NCBI GenBank assembly: GCA_963976765.1
Contig: CAXBME010000001.1
Location: 496,001-549,567, forward strand
Source of the DNA: an uncultured Planctomycetaceae bacterium
Lineage (GTDB): Bacteria > Planctomycetota > Planctomycetia > Planctomycetales > Planctomycetaceae
DNA: 53,567 nt
Direction: 5' to 3'
The notes below the pieces were generated by a model. It saw only the letters and a program-made list of their open reading frames with translations, made no database searches and was not told where the DNA came from. Shown here piece by piece: positions 27,747 through 38,091 of this stretch. Position numbers and translations under genes: made by a program. Each line of letters begins with the position of its first letter. Positions within the stretch are counted from its first letter, which is position 1.

Positions 27747-29117
27747 TCAGCTCAGTTCCGCAATCGGTTTACCAAACGGCAGGATCGGCAGCGGTCGACC
27801 GGCTGCATCGATGAATTCCGCTCGGTAGTCGATGCCGAGATGCTGATACATCGTCGCCAGTAGATCGTTAGGATCGAGCTTGTTGTCTTTGGCGTAGGCT
27901 CCGTTGGATGTTGTGGAGCCGATGACCTGTCCCATCCTCATGCCGCCACCCGAGACAAGTACGGACATTGATCCTGGCCAGTGGTCACGGCCCGGCTGAA
28001 CAACTCCTGACCGAGTTCCCTTTTGAGGATTGATACGAGGCGTACGACCAAATTCGCCAGTGACCACGAGCATGACCTTCCTGTCGAGACCTCGCTGGTA
28101 AAGGTCGTCGATCAGTGCAGCGATGGCTCTGTCGAAAATCGGCAGTCGTGCTCGTGTATCGTCGAAAAGGTGTCCGTTGACGGCGTGTATGTCCCAGTTT
28201 CCGATGGCGTTTGGAACTTGCGGGTTCTGCATCTGCATCGTGACAAAGGTGACTCCGGCTTCGACCAGTCGACGAGCCAGCAATGCTCGCTGCCCCCACT
28301 TGTGACGACCGTACTTCTCGCGAGTCTTCGGATCTTCGCTGGAAATATCGAAGGCCTGTTTCGCGCGGTCGCTGGTGAGCAGGCTGATCGCTCGGTCGTT
28401 AAATTCGTCGATCGATGCCAGGGATCCGGAGCGGTCGATGTTGCGCTGCATGGCGTCGAAAGATTTCAGCAGCGCGACGCGATCATCCAATCGATCCTTC
28501 AGGCTGCCGGACATGCCGAGGTTAGGCACCGAAAAATTGTCATCGTTGGGATCTCGAGCGACGACAAATGGCAGTTCTGATTCACCCAGGTACGAGCTGC
28601 CACCGCCATAAACTCGGTTCGCGCTGCCGACATAGTTAGGAATGCCAACGTCGCGAGATTTTTTCATTCGGCTGACAATGGTACCGATTGTCGGAAACTG
28701 CGAGATCGGGTCGAGTGGTCGCAGCGGATCGCGTCCGGAAAGAAACCGTCCCGCTCCGCCAGCGTGATTGGCAAAGCCGTGTGAGATTGACCGGATGATT
28801 GTGAACTTGTCGGCGACCTTCGCGTGCTGAGGCAGCAACTCGCAGACGTCCATTCCGGGAACGTTCGATTTGATCGGAAGCATTTCTCCTCGATAATCGA
28901 GCGGAGCCTCTGGTTTTAAATCGTAGGTCTCCATGTGGCTGGGACCGCCCTGCAGCCAGATCAGGATTATCGAAGTGTCCTGTCCGGTTTCGTTCTTTGC
29001 CGCCGCTCGCAGACGAAGTACGTCGCTGAGTCCCAGTCCGCCAAGTGCCAGAAACCCGGCCTGGAGGAAACTGCGGCGTGATTGCGGACCGGGGCAGTAT
29101 GTTTTTTGATGCGGCAT
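27747..29117 (-). CDS. DUF1501 domain-containing protein
   Basis: Start placed at MPHQKTYCPGPQSRRSFLQAG; GGPSHMETYDLKP, WDIH, GEFGRTP, GRDHWP. Confidence 0.92.
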   Translation of the reverse strand: MPHQKTYCPGPQSRRSFLQAGFLALGGLGLSDVLRLRAAAKNETGQDTSIILIWLQGGPSHMETYDLKPEAPLDYRGEMLPIKSNVPGMDVCELLPQHAKVADKFTIIRSISHGFANHAGGAGRFLSGRDPLRPLDPISQFPTIGTIVSRMKKSRDVGIPNYVGSANRVYGGGSSYLGESELPFVVARDPNDDNFSVPNLGMSGSLKDRLDDRVALLKSFDAMQRNIDRSGSLASIDEFNDRAISLLTSDRAKQAFDISSEDPKTREKYGRHKWGQRALLARRLVEAGVTFVTMQMQNPQVPNAIGNWDIHAVNGHLFDDTRARLPIFDRAIAALIDDLYQRGLDRKVMLVVTGEFGRTPRINPQKGTRSGVVQPGRDHWPGSMSVLVSGGGMRMGQVIGSTTSNGAYAKDNKLDPNDLLATMYQHLGIDYRAEFIDAAGRPLPILPFGKPIAELS

Positions 29118-29369
29118 GAATCTGATCCTGAACGCGGCGGGAAGGCGGGGATCGCTTTGTGATCGGAGGGATACTTCTGGGCGGGAATGAGGATGCATTG
29201 TCGCAAAGTTGACTCAGCGAATTCAACATCGGCATGCAGGTTGAAGTGTGGTGACAGAATCCAGCGGCAGCGATCTCTGTTCGCTTGAGCTGGCAAGTCG
29301 TGCTAATCTGGCCGCCTGAAAGAACCAGTTGACGGCGAGCAATTAGAAATTGCAGCAAGGTAATAGCCG

Positions 29370-30740
29370 ATGTTTCGAGTGAGCGGAGAGAAAGCTTCTG
29401 GCGGCCACGATTTAACGAGACGCAGCTTTGTTGAGGCTGGCGTGCTGGGAGTTGGTGGTCTCTCACTTTCGCAGATGATGGCTCTGAAAAGCCAGGCTGC
29501 AAAGCTGAATGCAACCCGGCAATCATCAGTTGACACCAGCGTTATCCTGATCTGGATGAGTGGTGGGCCAGGGCATCATGAGACGTGGGATCCAAAACCG
29601 AACGCCGTCAGTCAATACCGTGGTCCGTTCGGAGCCATCTCGACCAGCGTCGGCGGAATTCAGTTCAGCGAGATGCTGCCCGAGCAGGCGAAGATTGCTG
29701 ATCGGATTTCTGTGTTGAGAACCGTTCGGCATCGGTCTGGCGATCACACAAAGGGCAATCACTGGATGCTGACTGGTTTCGAAGGCCCTGACTTCAACAA
29801 GCCTGACAATAAAGTTCAGCGACGTCCCTCAATGGGATCGGTGGCGTCTGCACTGTGCGGTGCTCGGCAACCCGGATTGCCGGCGTACTCGGCGGCTCCT
29901 CATTTGAAGGGCGGCACCGACAACCTCTTTCATTATGCGACGTACCTTGGCGGCGCCCACAACCCGCTCGTCACGAATTCGGATCCGAACGGCGAAGTCT
30001 TCGGCGTGGCCGATCTGTCGTTGCAGTCCGGGTTGACCTTCGATCGGCTGAACGATCGGCGGTCACTGCTGAATTCGATCGACCAGTATCGTCGCCGAGC
30101 TGACGGCGGCATGATCGATATGAGCGATCAGCAGCAGTCGGCTTTCAACCTGCTGACCGGCTCGGTCGTCCGAGAAGCCTACGACATGACTCAGGAGCCG
30201 GACGGGCTTCGTGACGACTATGGTCGGCACACTTTCGGGCAAAGCGCGCTGCTTGCACGGCGTCTTGTCGAGCGTGGCGTTACTTTTGTGACAGTCAACA
30301 CTCAGCCATGGGATCATCACGGCACGGCAAATCGACTCCCGACGGAGAAGGGAGCGAAGCAGCTCATTCCACCTGTCGACCGAGCGATCGCCGCTTTGAT
30401 TCGAGACCTCGTCGACCGCGGTCTCTTCGAAAAGACCCTCGTCGTGGCGATGGGCGAATTCGGTCGCACTCCGAAGATGAATGATGCCGGCGGTCGCGAT
30501 CACTGGGGGCACACCTTCAGCGTCATGATAAGCGGCGGCGCATTCCGAATGGGACAATCAATTGGCGTTTCCGACGCTCAAGGCGCCTACGTTGCCGAGC
30601 GGCCACTGAGTCCCGAAGACGTCGCCGCGACGGTTTATCATCACCTCGGTATCGACGCCCGTAACACCGCCATCCCTGACCGAGCCGGTCGGCCCCGCTA
30701 TCTCGTCGAACACGGCGAACCCATCCGCGAACTTCTGTAG
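29370..30740 (+). CDS. DUF1501 domain-containing protein (divergently transcribed)
   Basis: TRRSFVEAG, GGPGHHETWDPKP, ARRLVERGV, WDHH, GEFGRTP, GRDHWG. Confidence 0.92.
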   Translation: MFRVSGEKASGGHDLTRRSFVEAGVLGVGGLSLSQMMALKSQAAKLNATRQSSVDTSVILIWMSGGPGHHETWDPKPNAVSQYRGPFGAISTSVGGIQFSEMLPEQAKIADRISVLRTVRHRSGDHTKGNHWMLTGFEGPDFNKPDNKVQRRPSMGSVASALCGARQPGLPAYSAAPHLKGGTDNLFHYATYLGGAHNPLVTNSDPNGEVFGVADLSLQSGLTFDRLNDRRSLLNSIDQYRRRADGGMIDMSDQQQSAFNLLTGSVVREAYDMTQEPDGLRDDYGRHTFGQSALLARRLVERGVTFVTVNTQPWDHHGTANRLPTEKGAKQLIPPVDRAIAALIRDLVDRGLFEKTLVVAMGEFGRTPKMNDAGGRDHWGHTFSVMISGGAFRMGQSIGVSDAQGAYVAERPLSPEDVAATVYHHLGIDARNTAIPDRAGRPRYLVEHGEPIRELL

Positions 30741-30866
30741 TCCTTCACCAGGATTCGGAAGCGATCCTATTCGGTTTCTGGTGACGCTCTACACTGAGCA
30801 CACGATGGGCCATTCCAGTGAGTCAACCGACACTGTCTGCTCGACTTGTCAATCTGGTGAGATCGA

Positions 30867-31367
30867 TCAATTGTCTTTGAGTTCGAATCTGATTTCTTTG
30901 TTTCCGGCAGTCGTGATTTCGGCACCAAGTTGTGAGCTGTCTGTTTTCGTATACTTCTCTGGAATGTGATGTTTAATTTTTCCGCGAGCCGATAGCGGTG
31001 GTTCCTTTCCGTAGTTTGGTGATTCGGTGTCGGCGTACGAGGTGTCTTCACCTTCAACGGTTACTTTCGCAACGGAAGCGACAAACTTTGCAGCAATAGC
31101 TCCATCGCCGGCCTTGTAAGTTGACAGAGTGAATTTCCCTTTCGCATCTGTTCTGGCAGTGGCTCCCGGTTTTCCTGGCGTCAGGCATTCGAAGATGACA
31201 ATCGCGCCTTCGACCGGCTGGTCGTTGTAAAGCACGACGCCTGACGCAGGATAGGTGCTCTCACGATTGGCAGCACCAGCCCCGTCTCCACCGCCACAAC
31301 CGGACAATGCAAATGCGGCGAGCATACTCGCGCCGAAAAGACTGAAATACGGCGAATGGCGAATCAT
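30867..31367 (-). CDS. Carboxypeptidase-regulatory-like domain lipoprotein (DUF1559 partner)
   Basis: Lipobox LSG-C, SGVVLYNDQPVEGAIVIF, ARTDAKGKFTL, IPEKY..S.L, C-terminal FEL. Confidence 0.85.
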   Translation of the reverse strand: MIRHSPYFSLFGASMLAAFALSGCGGGDGAGAANRESTYPASGVVLYNDQPVEGAIVIFECLTPGKPGATARTDAKGKFTLSTYKAGDGAIAAKFVASVAKVTVEGEDTSYADTESPNYGKEPPLSARGKIKHHIPEKYTKTDSSQLGAEITTAGNKEIRFELKDN

Positions 31368-31489
31368 CTGCGAACTCCTTGTACTCCGTTGTGATTGAAG
31401 TCTGTCACTCTGAACGAGATCACAACGGCTGTTTCAATTGCAACTGGCCCGATTGGGGCAACGTGAGTCGGAAAATGGAAATGACAATC

Positions 31490-31521
31490 GCCTCGGTTGA
31501 ACCCGGAAATTCGACCGAGGC
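31490..31521 (-). terminator. Intergenic hairpin between the DUF1559 and lipoprotein genes (partial terminator or mRNA stabiliser)
   Basis: Stem gcctcggttgaa/ttcgaccgaggc with only a weak U tract. Confidence 0.4.
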
Positions 31522-31539
31522 TCTGTTGTCTACGGCAGG

Positions 31540-32601
31540 TTAGAAGTCATTGAGAGACTCTGAGGAAGATCGCGTTCCAAGTGCTCCCCAGATTCCATAA
31601 GGACTGGGAGTCATGACGCGGCCTGGCGTGATGGTTGTCAGGCTGCCCGTATCGATATTCTGGCTGATGAATCGGACGCTTCCGTCCAGCAGCAAGCCAT
31701 GCGCACCACCGGTGTGAGCACTTGATGCCGAGTAGATCGCATTGTTGGGATCTTCAGCGTTGGTACCACTGACACAACTTGGTGAATTCGGTGGAAGAAT
31801 CGTCTGGAATCCAGTGAAGGCAGGCCGCCCGTCGAGCCATCGGTCCCCTCTCATTCGGTCTCCATCGGAGCCTGTAACAAATCGCTCTGGATCCGATGGA
31901 TCGACGCTTGCCAGACAGACAGACGGAATAATGTTTGGATCGACACCAATCCCTGAGCTCTTCAGAACCTGGCCAGGAACTTCGAGGTTGTCTCCGCCGT
32001 AGGCGAGGGACTTTCTGATTTCTGCCATCGCGATCGTGTTGCTTGTTCCGTCTGTGATGTCCTTTTCTGAGAAGGCGGTCGTTCCGCAGAAAACTCCTCG
32101 ACAGCGTTCAATTTCCCGGTTTTCAAGTTCAGTACCGCGATCGCCATGATTAAAGGCGTAGCTGGTCTTGCCGCGGTCACGGTTGTGAAGAACATCAGAT
32201 GGACAATTCACAGCAGGCAGGTCCACGTCGTGCCACGTTCTGGCCGTCCATGGGGTCGCCCCCTGGTTATCGCCAGGGCCCGAAACGATCTCGTCAAAAA
32301 GCGGCGTCTGATCGATATACGGCAGCATTCCAAAATACGGACTCAATCGACCGCCGTTATTGTTTGTCCCCGTTGTTGTTCCGGTAAGTCCGGGAGGGTA
32401 AACGCTGAAAACATCGTGATAGTTCTGCATTCCAAGTCCCAGCTGTTTTAACTGGTTCTTGCAGGTTGATCGACGTGCCGCTTCTCGTGCCTGCTGGACA
32501 GCAGGCAGCAACAGAGCCACAAGAATGGCGATAATGGCGATGACGACCAGAAGTTCAATCAGGGTGAATCCACGTTTTGAGGTCGGTAGTTGAGTTTTCA
32601 T
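31540..32601 (-). CDS. DUF1559 prepilin-type N-terminal cleavage/methylation protein
   Basis: RG|FTLIELLVVIAIIAILVALLLPAVQQAREAARR, CPSD, DGTSNT, and the H-X9-DG motif (HTGGAHGLLLDG). Confidence 0.95.
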   Translation of the reverse strand: MKTQLPTSKRGFTLIELLVVIAIIAILVALLLPAVQQAREAARRSTCKNQLKQLGLGMQNYHDVFSVYPPGLTGTTTGTNNNGGRLSPYFGMLPYIDQTPLFDEIVSGPGDNQGATPWTARTWHDVDLPAVNCPSDVLHNRDRGKTSYAFNHGDRGTELENREIERCRGVFCGTTAFSEKDITDGTSNTIAMAEIRKSLAYGGDNLEVPGQVLKSSGIGVDPNIIPSVCLASVDPSDPERFVTGSDGDRMRGDRWLDGRPAFTGFQTILPPNSPSCVSGTNAEDPNNAIYSASSAHTGGAHGLLLDGSVRFISQNIDTGSLTTITPGRVMTPSPYGIWGALGTRSSSESLNDF

Positions 32602-33189
32602 TTGCGGAGGAACTCCAGGGAAACGGGGGCGGAAGCTGAAACGGATCAGGATGAAACAGAACGGGAGCGTATAAACTCCACTCAAGGGCGAAAAAGAAGG
32701 GGCGGATGTCGCACGCCCAGTAGTTCTGGTCGATTTCCTGCTGGAAATACGACAGCAGCGGCAATTCAAATCGCCAGCAAGCGTGTGCGGAAATACGCCT
32801 CTGGATTTATTACTCCATCAGTTCGCCTCTGAGCCGGGAATGCTCAACAATTGAGGGTAAGAACTGACTTGCCACTTTAGGTTGGCACGCCTGGCGACTC
32901 ATGAAAGCCACATTGCTGCCTGTCAACATCTCCTTGGTCTGAACCTGTGGTAGTCAGTACCACAGCAACAGATCAGGAACTGAAAACTAAAATAAAATTC
33001 CACCAGACATAGTTCGAAATTTCGACAGATTAGTTTTGACGACCGAATGACGGTCTCCGAAGCCTGGTTGATGGCAATTCGAGCAACCTGTGCCATCCGG
33101 CAGAGCCTGCAGGAATCTGCCATTGTCCGAGCGACGGACTGCCGAACTGAACGGCAATTTTTAAAACGTCCGGGGCGTCGATGAGTTTC

Positions 33190-34197
33190 TCAGTAGTGGT
33201 TGATCGTCTGGCGGTATCGGGTTGCCGCATCTTCCGGGGTGGTGATGTTGATCCACGACCCGGTCGAGATTTCAAAGCCAGCAATGCCGGTCAGTCGAGG
33301 GGTGATGGTCAGGTGCCAGTGGCAGGCAGGGCTTCGCGCGTCGCGCGGCGGGGCGGTGTGCAGCTCCAGGTTGAAAGGAGCTGCAGGGAAGACTTCGTTG
33401 AGTGATTGCAGCGACTTTCTCAGGAGTTGGGCGAGAGCTGTCAGTTCCGAGCCAGTTGCTGATTCGAAGCCAGAGGCAGAGGCTCTGGGGGAAATCTCCA
33501 TCTGACCGGAGAATCGGCTCGCGAACGGGCAGTGCAGAATGAACTGGTCGGTAGTGGCGACGATTCGTGATCCGTCAGCCAGTTCTTGGTCGAGCATTTC
33601 GGCCCGGATGCTGTTGCCCGTTTCTTCGAAATATTTCTGCCCGGCGGCGAGTTCGGCTTCCATCCTCGGGGGGACGAACGACGTTGCGAGCAGTTGCGAA
33701 TGGACGTGTTCGAGTGATGCTCCAGCGGCGGCGCCTTCATTTTTGAAGATCATCGTGTGGGCGACGTGCTTGTCCGCGCTGACAATCGTGAGGCGGTCCC
33801 GCCAGGCTCGCAGAACTCGGGAGATTTGATCGACAGGCAGGTCGCGCATCGCCCGCTCGTGGGAGGGGCTTTCGACGATGACTTCGTGGTAGCCGACGGC
33901 GGCGGTTTGCTCGAAGAACTTTGAAGCTGGGACGACCTGCATTGCCAGGCCGACCGCCGGGTAACGGTTGGGGATGATGCGGACGGCCCAGTCTTCGGAG
34001 TCGTCGGGGCCTGCAATTGTCAGAACGGAGTCCGGAGTTTCAGACTCGTTGCCCAGACAGAACGGGCAGACATCCAGCGAGGTAACGTGTGTGTTTTCTT
34101 CGCGACCGTTTTCTTTGTGGTCGAACGGCCGTGCCGCCCGGTCGGGAGCGATGATTACCCACTCGCCAGTAATCGGATCCTTCCGAAGTTCTGCCAT
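33190..34197 (-). CDS. galT: Galactose-1-phosphate uridylyltransferase-like HIT-family protein
   Basis: ELRKDPITGEWVIIAPDRAARP, CPFCLGNE, PNRYPA, GYHEVIVESPSH, NEGAAAGASLEHVHSQ, AGFE. Confidence 0.85.
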   Translation of the reverse strand: MAELRKDPITGEWVIIAPDRAARPFDHKENGREENTHVTSLDVCPFCLGNESETPDSVLTIAGPDDSEDWAVRIIPNRYPAVGLAMQVVPASKFFEQTAAVGYHEVIVESPSHERAMRDLPVDQISRVLRAWRDRLTIVSADKHVAHTMIFKNEGAAAGASLEHVHSQLLATSFVPPRMEAELAAGQKYFEETGNSIRAEMLDQELADGSRIVATTDQFILHCPFASRFSGQMEISPRASASGFESATGSELTALAQLLRKSLQSLNEVFPAAPFNLELHTAPPRDARSPACHWHLTITPRLTGIAGFEISTGSWINITTPEDAATRYRQTINHY

Positions 34198-34249
34198 GAG
34201 CTACGTCTGTTTCGTTTTAGGATGAGCGTTGATCGCGAACCTGGAGATG

Positions 34250-35224
34250 TCAGCGTTGAGGCTTCAGGTAGCCGAGTGATTCCAGAAACGAATCCATTTG
34301 CACGAGCGTTTTGTGATAGTTGCGGTTTGCTTTCGCGCGAGCTTCGCCTTTGCCGCGACCAGCGTTGAAGAAACCGTGAATTTGATCTTTGTAAGGAACC
34401 AGTTCGCAACGATTTCCCGCGGTGGTCATTCGTCTGGCGAATTCTTCGACGCTGGCAAACAGAACGGTTGGATCAGCCGTGCCGTGAAAAATGATCGATG
34501 GTGGCAGGTCTTTCCGGACGTGATTGATTGGTGCGATTTCTTCCGGGCGGCCCTGCGTTCGCTCTCTGATGTCGTCGAGCTTTTCTTCGGGGACGAGCTT
34601 CAGACCATCGACTTGACTCAGTGCGACGGCCGGGTTGAACAGGACCATCGCGTTTGGTGCGGAGCTAATGGAAGCATCTTCGGAATCTTGTTCGAAGCCG
34701 TTGATGAGGGCTGTGGCGGCGGCGAGATGCCCGCCGGCTGACCCTCCACCGGCGGCGATTCTGTCCGGATCGATGCCCAGGCGTTTCGCGTTTTGTCGGA
34801 CCCAGCGAATCGCTGACTTGGCATCTTCAACACAGTCCTGAGGCCAGGCGTCCTGTCGACTCTTGACTCGGTAGTCGACAGAAATCGCCACCATACCTCG
34901 TTCGGCGAGGTGCCGGCAGTGGGGCAGAAATTGCCCCGGAGTGCCGCTTTTCCAGCCGCCGCCGAAGAAGAAAACAATCGCCGGACTCTGGTCTGAACGG
35001 TCGTGCCCTTTCGGTTCGAAGATGTACGCGTTGAGCGAAACGTCGCCCACGCGTTTGTAGATTTCGATCCGCGAACCAGGCATGTCCGGTGGATACTTCC
35101 AGCTTGTCACAGGCTCCACTGGATCGTCTGGCTCGGCTGCGAAAGCAACGTCAGACGGCATCAACAGCCAGGCCACAGACAGGATTAGAACTGAAAGCAA
35201 TGCTCGGCGATCGTATGAAGACAT
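34250..35224 (-). CDS. Secreted alpha/beta hydrolase (carbohydrate-esterase-like)
   Basis: Signal peptide, FFFGGGW, nucleophile motif GGSAGG, FHGTADPTV, HGFFN. Confidence 0.9.
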   Translation of the reverse strand: MSSYDRRALLSVLILSVAWLLMPSDVAFAAEPDDPVEPVTSWKYPPDMPGSRIEIYKRVGDVSLNAYIFEPKGHDRSDQSPAIVFFFGGGWKSGTPGQFLPHCRHLAERGMVAISVDYRVKSRQDAWPQDCVEDAKSAIRWVRQNAKRLGIDPDRIAAGGGSAGGHLAAATALINGFEQDSEDASISSAPNAMVLFNPAVALSQVDGLKLVPEEKLDDIRERTQGRPEEIAPINHVRKDLPPSIIFHGTADPTVLFASVEEFARRMTTAGNRCELVPYKDQIHGFFNAGRGKGEARAKANRNYHKTLVQMDSFLESLGYLKPQR

Positions 35225-35325
35225 TGTAATTCTCCCGACTCGTCATGAGTGCGTGTCGAGGGTCGACTCGCGTGATGGGAGAATGTAGCGGCAGCGGCAG
35301 CTGGCTTGAAACTCAGTTCGTCATG

Positions 35326-37422
35326 TCAGTTAGCCATGACTGAGAGCAGGTTGCTGAAGTTGTCCGTCCAGAGAATTGTCCTGTCGTCGAGTGGCGACGT
35401 TGTAGTCTGGCCGAAATTGATTTTTCGCAGTGCTTCTTCAGAACGTGACAGCAATACCCAGTGAGCGACGCTGGTTCCCATGTCGGAATTGTTTGTCGAG
35501 ATGGCGGATACGGCGGCGAGGCTGAGTGCTCCAGCGAGCCCGTTGCAGACCGGTTGCAGGTCGACATGTCGATTCGTGATATGGATCGCCAGGATCCCGT
35601 CCTGGTTGAGATGCTTCATGTAGAGGTCGCCGCACTCTTTGGTGAGCAGGTGAGTGGGAATGGCGTCGCCGGAAAATGCGTCGAGGACCAGCACGTCGAA
35701 ACGCTGCGGTTCTTCCCGCTCCAATGCGATGCGGCCATCGGCGATGACCGTTTCCAGTGCTCCTTCAGCTTCGGTCAGGTAGGTAAAGAATTCTCTGGCC
35801 ATGTCGACGACCGTCGGATTGATTTCGTACATCCGGTAGTAATCGCCCGGCCTTGAATACGCGGCGAGCGTACCCGTTCCCAGGCCGATCAATCCGACTC
35901 GCATCGGCTTGTCAGGCATATGCTGTTTCAGGACCAGCCCACAGCCGGATTCATACCCGTAGTACGACGTCGGCAGCTTCCGTCTTTCGGCGTCGCGGAA
36001 CTGGTGCCCGTGCCGAATCTGTCCGTGCTTCAGAATGTACGAATCACGAAAACCTTCGACTCGCAATGAACCGTAGAAATTGCGTGCCACGGAGATTGAG
36101 TTTTTCGTGATACGGTTTGCGTGAGCGTTCAGAGTCCAGCCAAGGATGACAACTCCGGCGATCATGGTTGCCCACGCGGCAGGTCGGCGGCCTCGATAGA
36201 GCGGCGACGATTCATCTCGATAAATCACGGCGAGCAACAACAGACAGCCGGTCACTATGCCGATATGCAACTCAAGCAGAGTGTCGAACACGATCGGGGC
36301 AATCATTCCGACGAAGAGTCCGCCCAACGCTCCACCGGCAGAAATTGAGAGATAGAAGACGGTCAGATATTTCGGGTCCGGTTTGAGTCGAACGAGTTCG
36401 CCATGACAGACCATGCAGCTGCAGAACAGCATGCCGAAAAAGATCGCTGCCTGGACGGCGATCCACGGAATCGTGTGCCACGCCATGACCGCGTCCCACA
36501 GCAGAAAACACGACGCGGCTGCGAAAATGCCGAGCGAAATTCCAAACGTCTGGCGGTTGTACCAGTCGTCGCTTTCAAAGCACAGGATGAAACTCAGCAG
36601 GTAAAGCGACAGCGGCAGCACCCAGAGAAAGGGCACCGATGCGATGTCGGCGCAGACCTGGTTCGTTGTGGCAAGCAGCAATGTCGACGGTACAGCGGCC
36701 AGCGCGAACCACAGTGAAATCTGTAAGCCGGTCGGACGTCGTGATCCATTGATGTTGCCTGACGCAGAATCAGGATCGTTGTCGCCAGAGAAAACTTTGA
36801 GCTCTGCGACCGAACTGCGTCTTGCCATCACGACTGCGCACGCCGCGCAGATTGCCGCAAATACGACAAACGTGCCGGACCACAGGTGCGCCTGAATCTG
36901 TGTGGTGAAGCCCGGCTCGAAGACGAAAGGGTAAGTCAGTAACGCGAGCAGTGAGCCGAAGTTCGACAGCGCATAGAGTCGGTAAGGGGATTGCCCAGGG
37001 ACTGCTTGCAGAAACCAGCCCTGCAGCAACGGCCCCGTTGCGGAGAGGATGAAATAGGGCAGCCCCACCGTTGCGGCCAGCAGTGTCATGATGCGGATGG
37101 CTGGGTTTGTCGCGCCGTCGGGTTTCCAGGATTCGTCCGGTGCGATGGGCAGGAACACCAGCGCCGCAGCGAGCAATGCGATGTGCGTGATCGCCTGCCA
37201 TTTCGGAGACAGTCGGGCGACAAGCAAATGCGCGTAAACGTAGCCACCAAAGAGCGTGATCTGGAAAAACAGCATGCAGGTGGTCCAGACGGCCGGTGAG
37301 CCTCCAAACCACGGCAGGATGTACTTACTGATAAGTGGTTGAACCTGGAAAAGCAGGAAGGCGCTCGTAAAAACGGTCAGAAGAAACAGAACGAAAACTG
37401 CGGGACGTTTCTGTTTATTCAT
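35326..37422 (-). CDS. Fused membrane domain/spermidine synthase-like SAM-dependent protein
   Basis: Multi-TM N-terminus (LLFQVQP, YALSNFGS, CHGEL) and a Rossmann C-terminus (IGLGTGTLA, YEINP, DGR, VLDAFSGDAIPTHLLT). Confidence 0.9.
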   Translation of the reverse strand: MNKQKRPAVFVLFLLTVFTSAFLLFQVQPLISKYILPWFGGSPAVWTTCMLFFQITLFGGYVYAHLLVARLSPKWQAITHIALLAAALVFLPIAPDESWKPDGATNPAIRIMTLLAATVGLPYFILSATGPLLQGWFLQAVPGQSPYRLYALSNFGSLLALLTYPFVFEPGFTTQIQAHLWSGTFVVFAAICAACAVVMARRSSVAELKVFSGDNDPDSASGNINGSRRPTGLQISLWFALAAVPSTLLLATTNQVCADIASVPFLWVLPLSLYLLSFILCFESDDWYNRQTFGISLGIFAAASCFLLWDAVMAWHTIPWIAVQAAIFFGMLFCSCMVCHGELVRLKPDPKYLTVFYLSISAGGALGGLFVGMIAPIVFDTLLELHIGIVTGCLLLLAVIYRDESSPLYRGRRPAAWATMIAGVVILGWTLNAHANRITKNSISVARNFYGSLRVEGFRDSYILKHGQIRHGHQFRDAERRKLPTSYYGYESGCGLVLKQHMPDKPMRVGLIGLGTGTLAAYSRPGDYYRMYEINPTVVDMAREFFTYLTEAEGALETVIADGRIALEREEPQRFDVLVLDAFSGDAIPTHLLTKECGDLYMKHLNQDGILAIHITNRHVDLQPVCNGLAGALSLAAVSAISTNNSDMGTSVAHWVLLSRSEEALRKINFGQTTTSPLDDRTILWTDNFSNLLSVMAN

Positions 37423-37537
37423 AGCAGCGGATCCTCAATCACACATTCGACGCTTTCGGAAGCCTGTCGAACAATCCTCAGAATGAGGACGATCTGCAGG
37501 ACGAAATCTGCGCACAGACTGGTGTTCCTGACCTCGT

Positions 37538-37553
37538 AGCGATCCTTGTGCCA
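37538..37553 (-). promoter_or_regulatory. Candidate sigma-54 (-24/-12) promoter
   Basis: Minus strand TGGCACAAGGATCGCT has GG-N10-GC spacing and one mismatch to TGGCAC-N5-TTGCW; about 115 bp upstream of the 37422 start. Confidence 0.4.
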
Positions 37554-38091
37554 GATCGCTTCGAACGAGGCTGATCGACACCGAAACACCTACGCTCAAC
37601 AGGACGAGGCTGTGATTTTCCACTGGCATGACAACTCACAGCCTTGGCGGGATGATCGGTCTGCTGAACGAGGTCTCACAACCGTTACGAGGTGTCAAAC
37701 ACGGTTGCCGCTGTCACGATGGGGTGCGCTGGCAGCGCGTCTTTAGTCCAATGACTGCAACAGTAGTGTTCAGCATTCTCGACAGCCGGTTGACTGCAAG
37801 GACAACTCGTCGTGCCGGACTGGTCGTTCAACATCATGGTGCGATTTCAAACGTCATTGTCGAAAATTTCGAATGTGCAGATCAGTACCGCTGCGGAGGC
37901 CTGACACGTCAGGCATTTGCCGCCAAACAGACGACGGATATGGACGGAGTTTGACCGCCACTTTCCGTGAGCTATATGCCATGCAGGTGGATCCTCGACT
38001 GCACGACGTGGCTGCGTTCGTCGTGCATGCGGACGTTGTCGATTTGGAAGTCCGCTGCCAGAACGTGGCGGCTTCTCAGGAGTTTTCTTCC

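Noticed and set aside
32602..33189. Small ORFs and sigma-54-like sites upstream of DUF1559
   Set aside because: The ORFs have no coding signature, and the GG/GC spacings are N8 or N11 rather than N10.
37628..37954. 108 aa ORF in the divergent spacer
   Set aside because: No SD or recognisable motifs; it overlaps probable promoter elements.
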